Notes under the pieces: generated by a model
The model's database searches: none
Seen by the model: the letters and a program-made list of their open reading frames with translations, nothing else
What the model was told of the DNA's origin: nothing
From: a candidate division WOR-3 bacterium
GTDB taxonomy: Bacteria > Hydrothermota > Tepidihabitantia > B3-TA06
DNA length: 64,000 bases
NCBI GenBank assembly: GCA_965649265.1
Contig: CBFGKC010000006.1
Coordinates: 1 to 64,000 of the forward strand
Reading direction: 5' to 3'
Shown here: positions 54,286 through 64,000 of the stretch, piece after piece
Numbering within the stretch: position 1 is the first letter of the stretch
Layout of the letters: the number at the start of each line of letters is the position of its first letter
Translations under genes and position numbers: made by a program

Positions 54286-57200
54286 ATGTTTAAACGAATA
54301 GCCCTTGCAGGGCTTCTTGCCTCGATTGTACTTGTTGCAGAGACGATAAAGATACCCGTAGAGCCTTTCAAGTCCAGGCTTGATGACCCCTACTACCGCA
54401 GCATCCTCGAACGCGCGGCAAAAACCCCAACATGGGTTAATACGGCCGCCCACGATTACTTACTTTCCCTGGCCGGCGCTGCTTTCCCGGAAACCTTGCG
54501 CGTTCTTGCCATTAGGGTCGAATTCGCGGAAGACGACGACTCTGCAACCTGGGGTAATGGAAAAATGGATCTTGAGGGCTTCGGCACTCCGTCGAACGGT
54601 CTTTCATACGACCCCCCCCATGACAGGGTGTATTTCGAAAACCAGATGCTCGGCCTCAGAAACTTCTATCTTTTGAACTCGCGGGGCAAGCTCAATATCG
54701 AGTACGATGTGTACCCTAAGGATCCTTTCAAATGCTACCAGGTTCCTCACAAAATGTCATATTATGGAGATACCAGCAATCCCGACAGGGGGCTTGTCCT
54801 TTTTATGCGGGACGCCCTGGAGGCGGCTTCGAAAGACCCTGATATAGACTTCTCAAAGTACCACTATAGCATCAACGAACAGAATTTCGACATGGTTGTC
54901 ATATTTCATGCCGGGAGTACCATTCAGACGTCATCGGCTTACGGTTACACCTCCGATCTTGCTTCTGCGACCGTAAGCTCCGCAGCCCTGGAATATTATA
55001 CCGGCAGTTCTTATTTTGACGCAAACGGTACACCTGTATCATCGGCTTCTATACTTCCGGAATCCCCAAGGGTAGAGGGTGCCATGAACGGTTTACCAGG
55101 CGTTCTTTACCACGAGTTCGCTCATCTCCTTGGTGCTTATGATCTGTATGACATTACGTACTACTCACAAGGTGTTGGTGCGTGGGCTCTTATGGGAGGG
55201 GGTGGATGGCTCAGCTATCCTCCCGGCCAGATTCCCTCAATGCACGATGCCTTTCACCGTTACTATTGGGGTTGGGACAGCGCAGTCGTTGTCACTCGTG
55301 ATACCACTATATCCCTTTACGCCGCAGAGATGGATACCCTTATGATTCCACAGAGGGGGGGGGCGGCTCATCCCACTCTCATAAAGATCCCGATCAGGGA
55401 GGGGGAGTACTTCCTTATTGAAAATCGCCAGGCGGATATCCTCGCGAAGGATACGGTTGAACTTGAACTTAAAGGCGGGGTGCCGATATGGGTCGTAAAC
55501 GGCGAGTACGACGCTTACCAGCCGGGCTCGGGTGTAATCATCTGGCACATTGACGAGGATGTGATATCGAGGTGGGGAACGTATAACAGGGTAAATGCAT
55601 GGTCACAATTCTCGGCCTACGGTGAGCATAATGCCGTGGATATGGAGGAGGCCGACGGCATCCAGGATTACGAGATCGCTTATCTTTCAACCGGAAGTTA
55701 TGCTTCTCAGGGTTCGATATATGACCCGTTCTTCAAGGGCGGCAATAACGAGTTCAACATAACCAGCAATCCGTCATCTTCCGGTTATTTCGGTGAGACC
55801 GGAATTAATGTTGAAGTACTCGACAGTTCAGATACAGTGATGCGTATTAAGATTTCCTTCGGCGAGAATCTTCGGGGTTTTCCTCAAATGGCCCCTTATC
55901 TTTCGGAGGTCGAGTCCATTAACGCCCTGGATCTCGACGGCGACGGTTCCAGGGAACTTGTCGCCTTTGGGGTCGGAAACACCTCACAAGAGTACAGGGT
56001 TGGTTTTGCCTGGAATCAGGATGGTTCTCCATATGCTGCCGAGCCCAATTTTATATCTTTCACTAACGATCGTCTGGTTTCTCCTCCAGCGTTCGGCGAT
56101 CTGGACGCAGACGCTCTTCCCGAAATAGTTCTTCTTGGAGGCGCAGGCAAGATTTCGGTATATGATCCCGATTCGCTTATCAATGGAGCAGTCGCGTTCC
56201 AGAAGTATACTTTTCTCGAGGGTAAGTTTTTTTCTGCCCCGATGCTTACGGATCTTGACGGTGACGATAAACTGGAAATACTTGCGGTGAACGAGACGGG
56301 AAAGATTTACGCGCTCGAGGTGGAATCTGATACGTTCAGCCTTTTCCCCGGGTACCCGATAGATATCGGTGAAGAAGCAAGACCGGGTTTTGCCCTGGTT
56401 GAAACTTCCCCGGTACGCATTGCGGTGCTGGCATCATCCGGAACCCTTTACCTCTTTGATGGGGCCGGAAAAATAGTCAAGGGTTTTCCCTTGGAGCTAG
56501 GACACGCATCTGCTCAATGCGAAGTACCTCCGGTGGTGGCCGATATTGACGGCGACGGAAACCGGGAAATCATAGTTTTTGCTTTTGAATATAACGTCTA
56601 CAGGTTTTTCGTCGTATCACAGGATGGCTCCGTAAAATACAAATCGACAAGAACCTTCACGCCGCCTATCACGGCGCCTGCCATTGCAGACGTCAATTCG
56701 GACAGCATTCCGGAGGTCGTTTTCGGGTCAGCCAACGGTCTGTGGGCTCTTGAAGCGGATGGTTCTTCCGCATCGGGTTTCCCGGTTATATTTCCTGACT
56801 CATACGACAGGCTTGTCTGGATAGAGCATGAAGGGTATATCTATCCCTTTGTCTTTCCATACACCTTCGCATTCCGAACCTCGCCCGTTGTTGCCGATTT
56901 TGACGCGGACGGCGCTATGGAGATTGCGATAGGCTCTCCCGATCACGGTGTGTATCTTGTCAAATCAGGAGCGAGCAGTCCCTATAAAACCCTGTACACA
57001 AGATGGGGAGTGGGAAAGGCTCTTTCCCTGGCCGACCTCGACAAGAAAAATGGACTTGAGATTTTAGTTGCATCCGACAGCGGTTATATTAACGTCTGGA
57101 AGTCAAGCGCGGTTGCAGCGCAGTGGTCTTCATGGATGCACGATCCGGCGAACACCGGCCTTTTCTCAGGGGATGTCAAAGCTTCCGCTCAACCTCCATT

Positions 57201-57480
57201 GCCTCTTTCATCGGTTTATGTTTATCCTAATCCCGCAGGCGATCATGCCTATCTTCGTGCTATTCTGGGTGATGTCGATGAATTAAAAGTGCAGGTTATA
57301 GACATCTCCGGTAAAATTCAAGGGACGCTTGAACCCGAATTCCAGCCTGGGATGACTAACGATATTCCTCTCGACAAAATCCTTCCCGATTTGGTTCCAG
57401 GGCTTTACATCGTCAGAGTCGAGGCAATTGCAGGTAGCGAAAAATCAGTCGAACTCTACAAACTTGGCGTAGTTCGCTAG
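54286..57480 (+). CDS. M6 (immune inhibitor A-like) metalloprotease with FG-GAP repeats and T9SS-type C-terminal domain
   Basis: HEFAHLLGAYDLYD, WALMGGG, EYFLIENRQ, several DLDGDG repeats, VYVYPNP...GLYIVRV tail. Confidence 0.88.
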   Translation: MFKRIALAGLLASIVLVAETIKIPVEPFKSRLDDPYYRSILERAAKTPTWVNTAAHDYLLSLAGAAFPETLRVLAIRVEFAEDDDSATWGNGKMDLEGFGTPSNGLSYDPPHDRVYFENQMLGLRNFYLLNSRGKLNIEYDVYPKDPFKCYQVPHKMSYYGDTSNPDRGLVLFMRDALEAASKDPDIDFSKYHYSINEQNFDMVVIFHAGSTIQTSSAYGYTSDLASATVSSAALEYYTGSSYFDANGTPVSSASILPESPRVEGAMNGLPGVLYHEFAHLLGAYDLYDITYYSQGVGAWALMGGGGWLSYPPGQIPSMHDAFHRYYWGWDSAVVVTRDTTISLYAAEMDTLMIPQRGGAAHPTLIKIPIREGEYFLIENRQADILAKDTVELELKGGVPIWVVNGEYDAYQPGSGVIIWHIDEDVISRWGTYNRVNAWSQFSAYGEHNAVDMEEADGIQDYEIAYLSTGSYASQGSIYDPFFKGGNNEFNITSNPSSSGYFGETGINVEVLDSSDTVMRIKISFGENLRGFPQMAPYLSEVESINALDLDGDGSRELVAFGVGNTSQEYRVGFAWNQDGSPYAAEPNFISFTNDRLVSPPAFGDLDADALPEIVLLGGAGKISVYDPDSLINGAVAFQKYTFLEGKFFSAPMLTDLDGDDKLEILAVNETGKIYALEVESDTFSLFPGYPIDIGEEARPGFALVETSPVRIAVLASSGTLYLFDGAGKIVKGFPLELGHASAQCEVPPVVADIDGDGNREIIVFAFEYNVYRFFVVSQDGSVKYKSTRTFTPPITAPAIADVNSDSIPEVVFGSANGLWALEADGSSASGFPVIFPDSYDRLVWIEHEGYIYPFVFPYTFAFRTSPVVADFDADGAMEIAIGSPDHGVYLVKSGASSPYKTLYTRWGVGKALSLADLDKKNGLEILVASDSGYINVWKSSAVAAQWSSWMHDPANTGLFSGDVKASAQPPLPLSSVYVYPNPAGDHAYLRAILGDVDELKVQVIDISGKIQGTLEPEFQPGMTNDIPLDKILPDLVPGLYIVRVEAIAGSEKSVELYKLGVVR

Positions 57481-57490
57481 AGGAGCAGAG

Positions 57491-58141
57491 ATGGGATTTT
57501 TTATTTCACTTATTTTGTTGACGCAGGGAATATCTACCACGACAGATTCGCTGCAACTTTCAAGAAAAGAAAGACTCGCTCCGTGGGCTTCACTCGCTCT
57601 TCCCGGGACAGGCGAGCTTATGCGAGGTTATCGAGTCAAGGGAGAGCTTTTTCTCTGGTTGGATGGATTGACTATTGCAGGTGTTACCGGATTCGGCATC
57701 GATGCCCTTGAAAAGAACAATGCGGCTTGCGGCATGGCCGTGATGAATGCGGGGGCCAATCCGGCAAATCGTTCCCATACGTACCTCAGTGCAATGGAGA
57801 GCTACCTTTCCTCTGACGATTACAACATCGATCTCGCGATAGAAGCCCGCTATCTCTACCCGGACGATCTTACAAAGCAAAAAGAGTACATAGACGCTCG
57901 CAGCATCAAGGAAGAGGACGTATGGTTGTGGAACTCTGATTCGATAAGAATCGAATACTTCAAGGAAAGAACCGCGGTCAGGCGTTCACAGCAAACCGCT
58001 CAGATTCTTGCAGGCGTTATGGTCGTTACCCGGATAGTGAGCGTTTTTGATGTCTCCTTCTTCTCACCGCGAAAAGAGGCAAATCTCGGCATCATTCCGA
58101 GTTTGGATACCCCCGGAATTTCGCTTGTTTACCGCTTTTAA
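57491..58141 (+). CDS. Hypothetical membrane protein
   Basis: GAGGAG RBS; SLALPGTGEL motif; ends YRF. Confidence 0.7.
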   Translation: MGFFISLILLTQGISTTTDSLQLSRKERLAPWASLALPGTGELMRGYRVKGELFLWLDGLTIAGVTGFGIDALEKNNAACGMAVMNAGANPANRSHTYLSAMESYLSSDDYNIDLAIEARYLYPDDLTKQKEYIDARSIKEEDVWLWNSDSIRIEYFKERTAVRRSQQTAQILAGVMVVTRIVSVFDVSFFSPRKEANLGIIPSLDTPGISLVYRF

Positions 58142-58144
58142 CAT

Positions 58145-59710
58145 ATGATCATTGAGACCGACTTTATTGTAGTCGGGTCCGGGATGGCCGGGTTGTGGTT
58201 CGCCCACAGGCTTTCCAAGCATAACAAGGTACTCGTTCTCACAAAAAAAGACGACACCGAGTCCAACACTAATTACGCACAGGGTGGTATAGCTGCAGCA
58301 CTCGGTAAGGATGATTCGCCCGAGGCGCATCTTGCGGATACCATTCGGGCGGGGGACGGCCTTTGTGACGCGGATGCGGTCAGGGTGATGGTTGAAGAGG
58401 GGCCGCGTCTCGTGAAAGAGTTAAACGAACTTCATATAGAGTTCTCAAAGGGAAATAGCGGTCTCGATCTGGGCATTGAAGGTGGTCACTCAAAGCGAAG
58501 AGTGGTACATGCAGCTGATATGACCGGCCAGGTGGTTGAAAATGGTCTATTGGAAGCGGTGCGTGTTTCTTCCAATACGAATGTCGTTGAACACCATTTT
58601 GTCATTGATCTTATTTTGGACAGAGGAGGTCGTTGTTGTGGGGTATTCAGCTTTGACAGGCAGAGCGGTGATTTTGCGGAAATCCGTTCAAAAGCTGTGT
58701 TACTCGCCGCCGGTGGACTTTGCCGGGTATACGAACACACAACCAATCCGCCCATCGCAACCGGTGACGGCGTGGCAATGGCATGGCGAGCGGGGGCGAC
58801 GGTAGCCGACCTCGAATTCATTCAGTTTCATCCCACTTCCTTATTCGGATACAAGGTCGACGGCAGGGCTTTCCTTATCTCCGAAGCCGTCAGGGGAGAG
58901 GGGGGGCTACTTAAAACGCCAGACGGTGAACGTTTCATGCCGCGTTATCATCCCGATGCCGAAATGGCACCGCGAGATGTCGTTGCCCGGGCAATATATA
59001 ATGAGCTGCGGACGCGGCGACTTGACTACGTAATTCTGGATTTGTCCTCAATCCCACCTGAAAGAATTCTTTCCCGGTTTCCTATGATAGCAGACACATG
59101 TGCCCGATTCGGCCTCGATATCACCAGGAAACCAATACCTGTCGTACCCGCGGCTCACTACTCGGTCGGCGGGATTCGGACTGACCTCTGGGGACGTACG
59201 TCCATTCCCGGTTTATATGCCGCCGGTGAATGCGCCAATACCGGCGTTCACGGTGCCAACCGTCTCGCATCGAACTCCTTGCTGGAAGCCCTTGTTTTTG
59301 CCGATCGCGCGGCAGCGGCACTCTCTTCGGATGAAATTCCTCTCTCTGATGCTCTACCGGAAGAAACTCTTGAACGACGCCTGCGCAGTGTAACTGATCC
59401 CTCGCTCGTGAATTACCTGGTTTCCTCGTTGAGACAAACCATGTGGCGTCAGGCAGGCATCGTACGTTCTGTCGCTGAAATGGAAAGAGGACGGGCAAGA
59501 CTTGCCGAACTCGCACGAGAACTAGACGCACTTTATCCCCAAAGGACCTTTAGTCCGGCGATCCAGGAGTTTCGCAACATGCTTCTTGTCGGCGACCTGA
59601 TATTTCGTTCGGCTCTTGAGCGTAAGGAATCCAGGGGATTAAACTATGTTGAAGAGTATCCCGATACCCTAGTAGAGTCTAAACATACGATTTTAGCGCC
59701 CAGTAATTAA
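58145..59710 (+). CDS. nadB: L-aspartate oxidase
   Basis: GSGMAGL, TNYAQGGIAA, EGGHS.RR, QFHPT, LISEAVRGEG, GVHGANRLASNSLLE. Confidence 0.95.
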   Translation: MIIETDFIVVGSGMAGLWFAHRLSKHNKVLVLTKKDDTESNTNYAQGGIAAALGKDDSPEAHLADTIRAGDGLCDADAVRVMVEEGPRLVKELNELHIEFSKGNSGLDLGIEGGHSKRRVVHAADMTGQVVENGLLEAVRVSSNTNVVEHHFVIDLILDRGGRCCGVFSFDRQSGDFAEIRSKAVLLAAGGLCRVYEHTTNPPIATGDGVAMAWRAGATVADLEFIQFHPTSLFGYKVDGRAFLISEAVRGEGGLLKTPDGERFMPRYHPDAEMAPRDVVARAIYNELRTRRLDYVILDLSSIPPERILSRFPMIADTCARFGLDITRKPIPVVPAAHYSVGGIRTDLWGRTSIPGLYAAGECANTGVHGANRLASNSLLEALVFADRAAAALSSDEIPLSDALPEETLERRLRSVTDPSLVNYLVSSLRQTMWRQAGIVRSVAEMERGRARLAELARELDALYPQRTFSPAIQEFRNMLLVGDLIFRSALERKESRGLNYVEEYPDTLVESKHTILAPSN

Positions 59711-59824
59711 TCGGTTCCCTTTCAGTTAGAAGGCTTTTCCATCCCGGTCGCTTTTGTTTGAAGAGATGTTTATGAGTTAAACTTGATCCTCTATTGAATT
59801 TACAAACCAAAGCGCTATGAAAGT

Positions 59825-59848
59825 GGAAGGCCCGCATTGCGGGCCTTC
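59825..59848. terminator. Hairpin between convergent genes
   Basis: GAAGGCCCGCA-T-TGCGGGCCTTC. Confidence 0.65.
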
Positions 59849-59889
59849 AATATCTTTTTCAAGCTTTTCAGACTAACCTGAAAAGTTTT

Positions 59890-61479
59890 TTACCAGCGAA
59901 TCATGTGGAGGGCGTTGTTCCAGTCAGCTATAATAGCCTGGGTTATGGTTCCTTCGCTTCTAATGATTACATCTCTGAGATCATTGGCACCCACGATATC
60001 GGTGATGTCCTTGGTCCCGATGTGGTTGGGGTACAGTGGATCTGTAAGATTCAGAACCCGCAGTCCATATTCGCCGTCGGCAACATACACGATGTTTCCA
60101 GATGTTTGTATACCGTAGGAGTTGCTGGCCGGATCACCCGCCCAAAGGGCCGCCTGGTAAGGACTTGTCGGATTTCCGACGTCTACAACTACGAATCCCT
60201 GTGAACCTGCTGCTATGTAGGCATACTGGCCTGCCACGTATACTCGGTGAGCTGCATCGTACGTAGAGAAGAGACTTACGGGCTGCATGGGATCTGTAGC
60301 CGTAGGATTCCAACTCAGTATTTCCATGCCAGCATTGCCTTCGGCAACATATATGTAATTGTTTATGACGTGTATGTCTTCGGGGATGTCATAGAGGGTG
60401 TCTATATATAGCGCGCCGGCATTGTTATAGTCGAAGTAAACCAATGTATGAGTGTTCGTGGCAGGATCGGTGCAACCGACAAAAATCGAGCTGCCGACCG
60501 CGTAGACTGCGCGCGCCTCGCCGCCAAGAGTGGCCGCAGGTACGGGAGTTGAGTCGACCGGGTTAAATGGATTACCGATATTGTAGGAGCAGTATCCACC
60601 TTTTCCGAAGGCCACATGCAAGAGGGTGCCTGTAACGTACAAATCGTATGCCCATGCGCTGTTGTCGTTCAAGGGGTGGGGGATAGTCGGGCCGGCATCA
60701 AGACCAGCACTTCCAATCGTGAATATCTTCACGCTCTGTTCGCGAGCGGCGCAGAAGATATAAAGATCTTTGTTTGCAAGTCTTACACCATGGCCGCCGC
60801 CCAGGGGCTGTCTGTTGCCTACATATTCGAAGCTCATTGTTGTCACAGGAGCTTCGTCCGAAAAAGCCTCATTGCCGGAGGAGTCGACAACCTGAATTGC
60901 ATAATAGTATGTTTTTCCGGGATCCAACTTGTCATCAGTGTAGGTGGTATCGAAGCGATTGTAACCTTTCGTATAGTTGAACGTTTCTATCAGGTCGCCC
61001 CACGTTTGCACGTCGGGTGTAGTAGCACGGTAGATCTTGTAACCCATCCAGGATGATGCGGCACTTGTCCACATCACGGTAACTTTTCTTGTGCCGACAC
61101 CTGTGAAGGGAAGCATCTTTACCGCTTCTATACCCTGATAGGCGACCGTCACAATCAGGGAGGAGTCGTAGGCTACCCCGCCCTTACCGTCGCTTACAGT
61201 CACGTAAAAACGATATGGGCCGGTAGCGGTAGGTGCTGTCCAATCGAATGATGCGTTATTATAAGTTTTACCGCCTTCATCTACAGATGTCCACTCATAG
61301 TTGAGCATGTCACCATCTTGATCTGTTGCCGTACATGTAATTGTTGCTTTTTCTCCGGGTTGCACACTGCTTGGTGAAGCTGTAACTCCAGAGATTGTGG
61401 GCGGATAGTTCCCACATCCGGTTAATGATACTAAAACCAACGCAACCAAAACCATCGAAACGAATAAACGTTTCGTCAT
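59890..61479 (-). CDS. Lipoprotein with Ig/PKD-like, FN3-like and LVIVD-repeat domains
   Basis: Lipobox LTGC, DQDGD..Y.W, VSDGKGG, YVAEGNAG and YVADGEYGLRVLNLTDP repeats; AGGAGG RBS before ATG 61479. Confidence 0.82.
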   Translation of the reverse strand: MTKRLFVSMVLVALVLVSLTGCGNYPPTISGVTASPSSVQPGEKATITCTATDQDGDMLNYEWTSVDEGGKTYNNASFDWTAPTATGPYRFYVTVSDGKGGVAYDSSLIVTVAYQGIEAVKMLPFTGVGTRKVTVMWTSAASSWMGYKIYRATTPDVQTWGDLIETFNYTKGYNRFDTTYTDDKLDPGKTYYYAIQVVDSSGNEAFSDEAPVTTMSFEYVGNRQPLGGGHGVRLANKDLYIFCAAREQSVKIFTIGSAGLDAGPTIPHPLNDNSAWAYDLYVTGTLLHVAFGKGGYCSYNIGNPFNPVDSTPVPAATLGGEARAVYAVGSSIFVGCTDPATNTHTLVYFDYNNAGALYIDTLYDIPEDIHVINNYIYVAEGNAGMEILSWNPTATDPMQPVSLFSTYDAAHRVYVAGQYAYIAAGSQGFVVVDVGNPTSPYQAALWAGDPASNSYGIQTSGNIVYVADGEYGLRVLNLTDPLYPNHIGTKDITDIVGANDLRDVIIRSEGTITQAIIADWNNALHMIRW

Positions 61480-61568
61480 GCGACCTCCTTGTGCATTATT
61501 CATGATTAAAATTGTAAAGATTTTTCGCGAATTGTCAACCCCCATAGAGAGATTAACTTAGCAATTAG

Positions 61569-61612
61569 TTATCCACAAGGTCACTTGACGCAGCCCGCTT
61601 TCTTTTTATAAT
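61569..61612 (+). promoter_or_regulatory. DnaA box and promoter of grpE-dnaK
   Basis: TTATCCACA at 61569-61577; TTGACG-N16-TATAAT at 61585-61612. Confidence 0.55.
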
Positions 61613-61622
61613 GTGACATCAG

Positions 61623-62168
61623 ATGTTGAATAAAGGTCCCGTAACAAAGCTGAAAGAAGAACTCCGCACAAAAGAAAAAGAACTTGCGGAGATGCGTTCG
61701 CTTGCGGTTCGAACGGCGGCGGAGTTCGACAATGCGCGCAAGCGCTGGATAAGAGAAACTGACGAGATAAGAAATTATGCCTCATCGAAGCTAATTCAAG
61801 ATTTCATAGAGATTTGGGATAACTTCGAACGAGCGCTCTCCCCCGGTAACCACGCTAAGAACGAGGTAACGTATGAATCGTATCGCCGGGGAGTCGAGTT
61901 GATTTTTGATCAGTTCAAAAATACACTTACGCGTCATGGTCTCGAGTCCTACAGCGTACTGGGTGAGGACTTCGATCCTTCCAAAGCCGAAGCTATAGGG
62001 TACGTGGAAACACCAGATGCCCGACCAGGGGAGGTTGTTGAGGAATTAAAAAAAGGATTTACGCTGGCCAAGCGTGTCCTGCGTCCGGCGCAGGTTATGG
62101 TGGCCAGAGAAGTTAAAAAGTCTCAGGAACCGGAGAGTGATACTTTCTCCGGTTCTCAAGGAGGATAA
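61623..62168 (+). CDS. grpE: Nucleotide exchange factor GrpE
   Basis: [25 protein letters not shown]....VLRPAQVMV. Confidence 0.94.
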   Translation: MLNKGPVTKLKEELRTKEKELAEMRSLAVRTAAEFDNARKRWIRETDEIRNYASSKLIQDFIEIWDNFERALSPGNHAKNEVTYESYRRGVELIFDQFKNTLTRHGLESYSVLGEDFDPSKAEAIGYVETPDARPGEVVEELKKGFTLAKRVLRPAQVMVAREVKKSQEPESDTFSGSQGG

Positions 62169-62175
62169 AAGAATT

Positions 62176-64000
62176 ATGGCGAAAGTTATAGGTATCGATC
62201 TTGGTACTACCAATTCCTGCGTGGCTATCGTGGAGCAGGGGCAGGCTTCTGTAATTCCCAATCCCGAAGGCGGGCGAACGACGCCATCCGTTGTTTCCTT
62301 CGGCAAGGAGCGTCTTGTGGGCGTTTTGGCAAAACGCCAGGCGGTTCTCCATCCCGAGGATACTATCTATTCAATCAAACGCTTCATGGGCAGGCGCTAC
62401 TCCGAGGTTGCCGATGAACGCGCACGAGTTCCTTACAAGGTTGTTCCCGCCGACAATGGTGATGCATGGGTCGAAGTCGCAGGCAAGAAGATGGCTCCGC
62501 CCGAGGTCTCGGCCATGATACTTCAGTATCTCAAAAAGGCTGCAGAGGCATATCTGGGTGAACCCGTTCAGCAGGCCGTTATCACTGTTCCCGCTTACTT
62601 CAACGATTCCCAGCGCCAGGCGACAAAGGATGCGGGCAAGATTGCCGGTCTTGACGTACTGCGAATCATCAACGAGCCAACGGCGGCCGCGCTTGCATAC
62701 GGCCTCGACAAGCAGAAGTCGGCAAAGGTTGCCGTTTACGATCTTGGCGGCGGTACGTTCGATATCTCTATCATAGAGATAGACTCCGAGGCAAAGACGA
62801 TAGAGGTTCGTTCCACCAATGGAAATACCCATCTCGGCGGCGACGACTTCGACCAGCGCATCATGGAATACATAATAGAAGAGTTCAAGCGTGAACAGGG
62901 CATAGACCTTTCCCAGGACCGTTCGGCGCTCGCCCGTATCAAGGACGCGGCTGAGAAGGCCAAGATTGAACTCTCATCGAGCCTTGAGACGACGATAAGC
63001 CAGCCCTTCATCGCCTCGACACCTGACAAGGGTCCCTTGCATCTTGAGATGCGGCTCACGCGGACCAAGCTCGAATCACTCGTCGGCGATCTTGTCGAGA
63101 GCTCGTTCGGCCCCGTAAGGCAGGCGCTCGAGGATGCAAAACTCACGCCCGCGCAGATAGACGAGGTAATACTCGTCGGCGGTCAGATAAGGATGCCTAT
63201 GGTTCAGGAACGCGTCCGACAGTTCTTCTCTAAGGAGCCGCACAAGGGCATCAATCCCGATGAGGTAGTTGCCGTCGGCGCGGCACAGGCCGCATTCCAA
63301 GCTTCAGGTCAGGCAGAGAAGGATTCTGCGCTTCTTCTTCTCGACGTTACCCCCCTCTCCCTTGGCATCGAGACTCTCGGCGGTGTGATGACCGTTCTCA
63401 TTCCCCGCAACACCACAATACCCACAAAGAAAGCAGAAACCTTCACGACGGCTGAGGACAACCAGCCTGCGGTGACCGTGCACGTTCTGCAGGGGGAGCG
63501 CCCGATGGCTCAGGATAATCGCACTCTCGGCCGCTTCGAGCTCGACGGCATTCCTCCCGCCCGGCGCGGTGCTCCGCAAATCGAGGTTACGTTTGACATC
63601 GACGAGAACGGAATCCTTCATGTCTCGGCGAAGGACAAGGGAACGGGCAAAGAACAATCCATACGCATCACGGCCTCCTCCGGTCTTTCCGATACCGAGA
63701 AGGAGAAGATGGTCAAGGATGCCGAACTTCATGCCGCGGAGGACCGCAAGCGCCGCGAGATCATAGACGCCCGCAACAAGGCCGACGGCTTCATCTACTC
63801 CGTTGAGAAAACCATGCGAGAAGCCGGCGACAAAATCTCTGCGGAAGACAAGACCCTTATCGAACAGAAGATTACGGCTCTCAAGGATGCAATGAAAGGT
63901 GAGGATGCCGCCGCAATCAATCGTTCTCTCGAAGAACTGCAGCAGGCTTCCTATAAGCTCTCTGAGGCTCTATATAAGACCCAGCAGCAGGGTGCTGGCT
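62176..64000 (+). CDS. dnaK: Chaperone DnaK (3' end beyond the window)
   Basis: Hand translation: [59 protein letters not shown]. Confidence 0.97.
   Translation, partial: MAKVIGIDLGTTNSCVAIVEQGQASVIPNPEGGRTTPSVVSFGKERLVGVLAKRQAVLHPEDTIYSIKRFMGRRYSEVADERARVPYKVVPADNGDAWVEVAGKKMAPPEVSAMILQYLKKAAEAYLGEPVQQAVITVPAYFNDSQRQATKDAGKIAGLDVLRIINEPTAAALAYGLDKQKSAKVAVYDLGGGTFDISIIEIDSEAKTIEVRSTNGNTHLGGDDFDQRIMEYIIEEFKREQGIDLSQDRSALARIKDAAEKAKIELSSSLETTISQPFIASTPDKGPLHLEMRLTRTKLESLVGDLVESSFGPVRQALEDAKLTPAQIDEVILVGGQIRMPMVQERVRQFFSKEPHKGINPDEVVAVGAAQAAFQASGQAEKDSALLLLDVTPLSLGIETLGGVMTVLIPRNTTIPTKKAETFTTAEDNQPAVTVHVLQGERPMAQDNRTLGRFELDGIPPARRGAPQIEVTFDIDENGILHVSAKDKGTGKEQSIRITASSGLSDTEKEKMVKDAELHAAEDRKRREIIDARNKADGFIYSVEKTMREAGDKISAEDKTLIEQKITALKDAMKGEDAAAINRSLEELQQASYKLSEALYKTQQQGAG

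Overview
A 64-kb chromosomal window from an anaerobic diderm bacterium. An FCB-type SecA insert, a T9SS-like C-terminal domain and beta-barrel proteins suggest an FCB-affiliated or WOR-3-like lineage (inference). Housekeeping content: a dapA-dapB-dapL-lysC operon that runs on into glycerate kinase, an APH/AAA kinase, an ECF sigma factor and a zf-HC2/TonB-C anti-sigma; pilMNO-like genes with mazG; an aaRS-II catalytic-domain paralog (AsnA-like); rsgA; an L,D-transpeptidase; porin-pstS-pstS-pstCAB-phoU; secA-ddl-SPOR; two Spy/CpxP proteins; a trimeric [FeFe]-hydrogenase with hydGFE; tRNA-Arg(ACG)-tadA-tRNA-Ser(CGA); an M6 protease; nadB; an LVIVD lipoprotein; and grpE-dnaK. Five observations stand out. 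(1) A 12-gene DUF2089-led operon (14919-21102) in which seven proteins carry eight copies of one SHOCT-like 'LEEGKI.A.EA' module, next to a MATE pump and two methyltransferases and behind a palindromic operator. (2) A dispersed repeat family built from CCCGTAACAC and CCCTCCTCAG units that forms arrays, abuts stop codons and sits in frame inside mazG. (3) An AT-rich orphan gene bracketed by an inverted pair of GTAG-type REPs. (4) A polyproline leader peptide upstream of rsgA. (5) Housekeeping promoters with mostly 16-bp spacers, many driving apparently leaderless genes. No CRISPR array, transposase or prophage was seen. All family calls come from motif recognition by eye, not from database searches.
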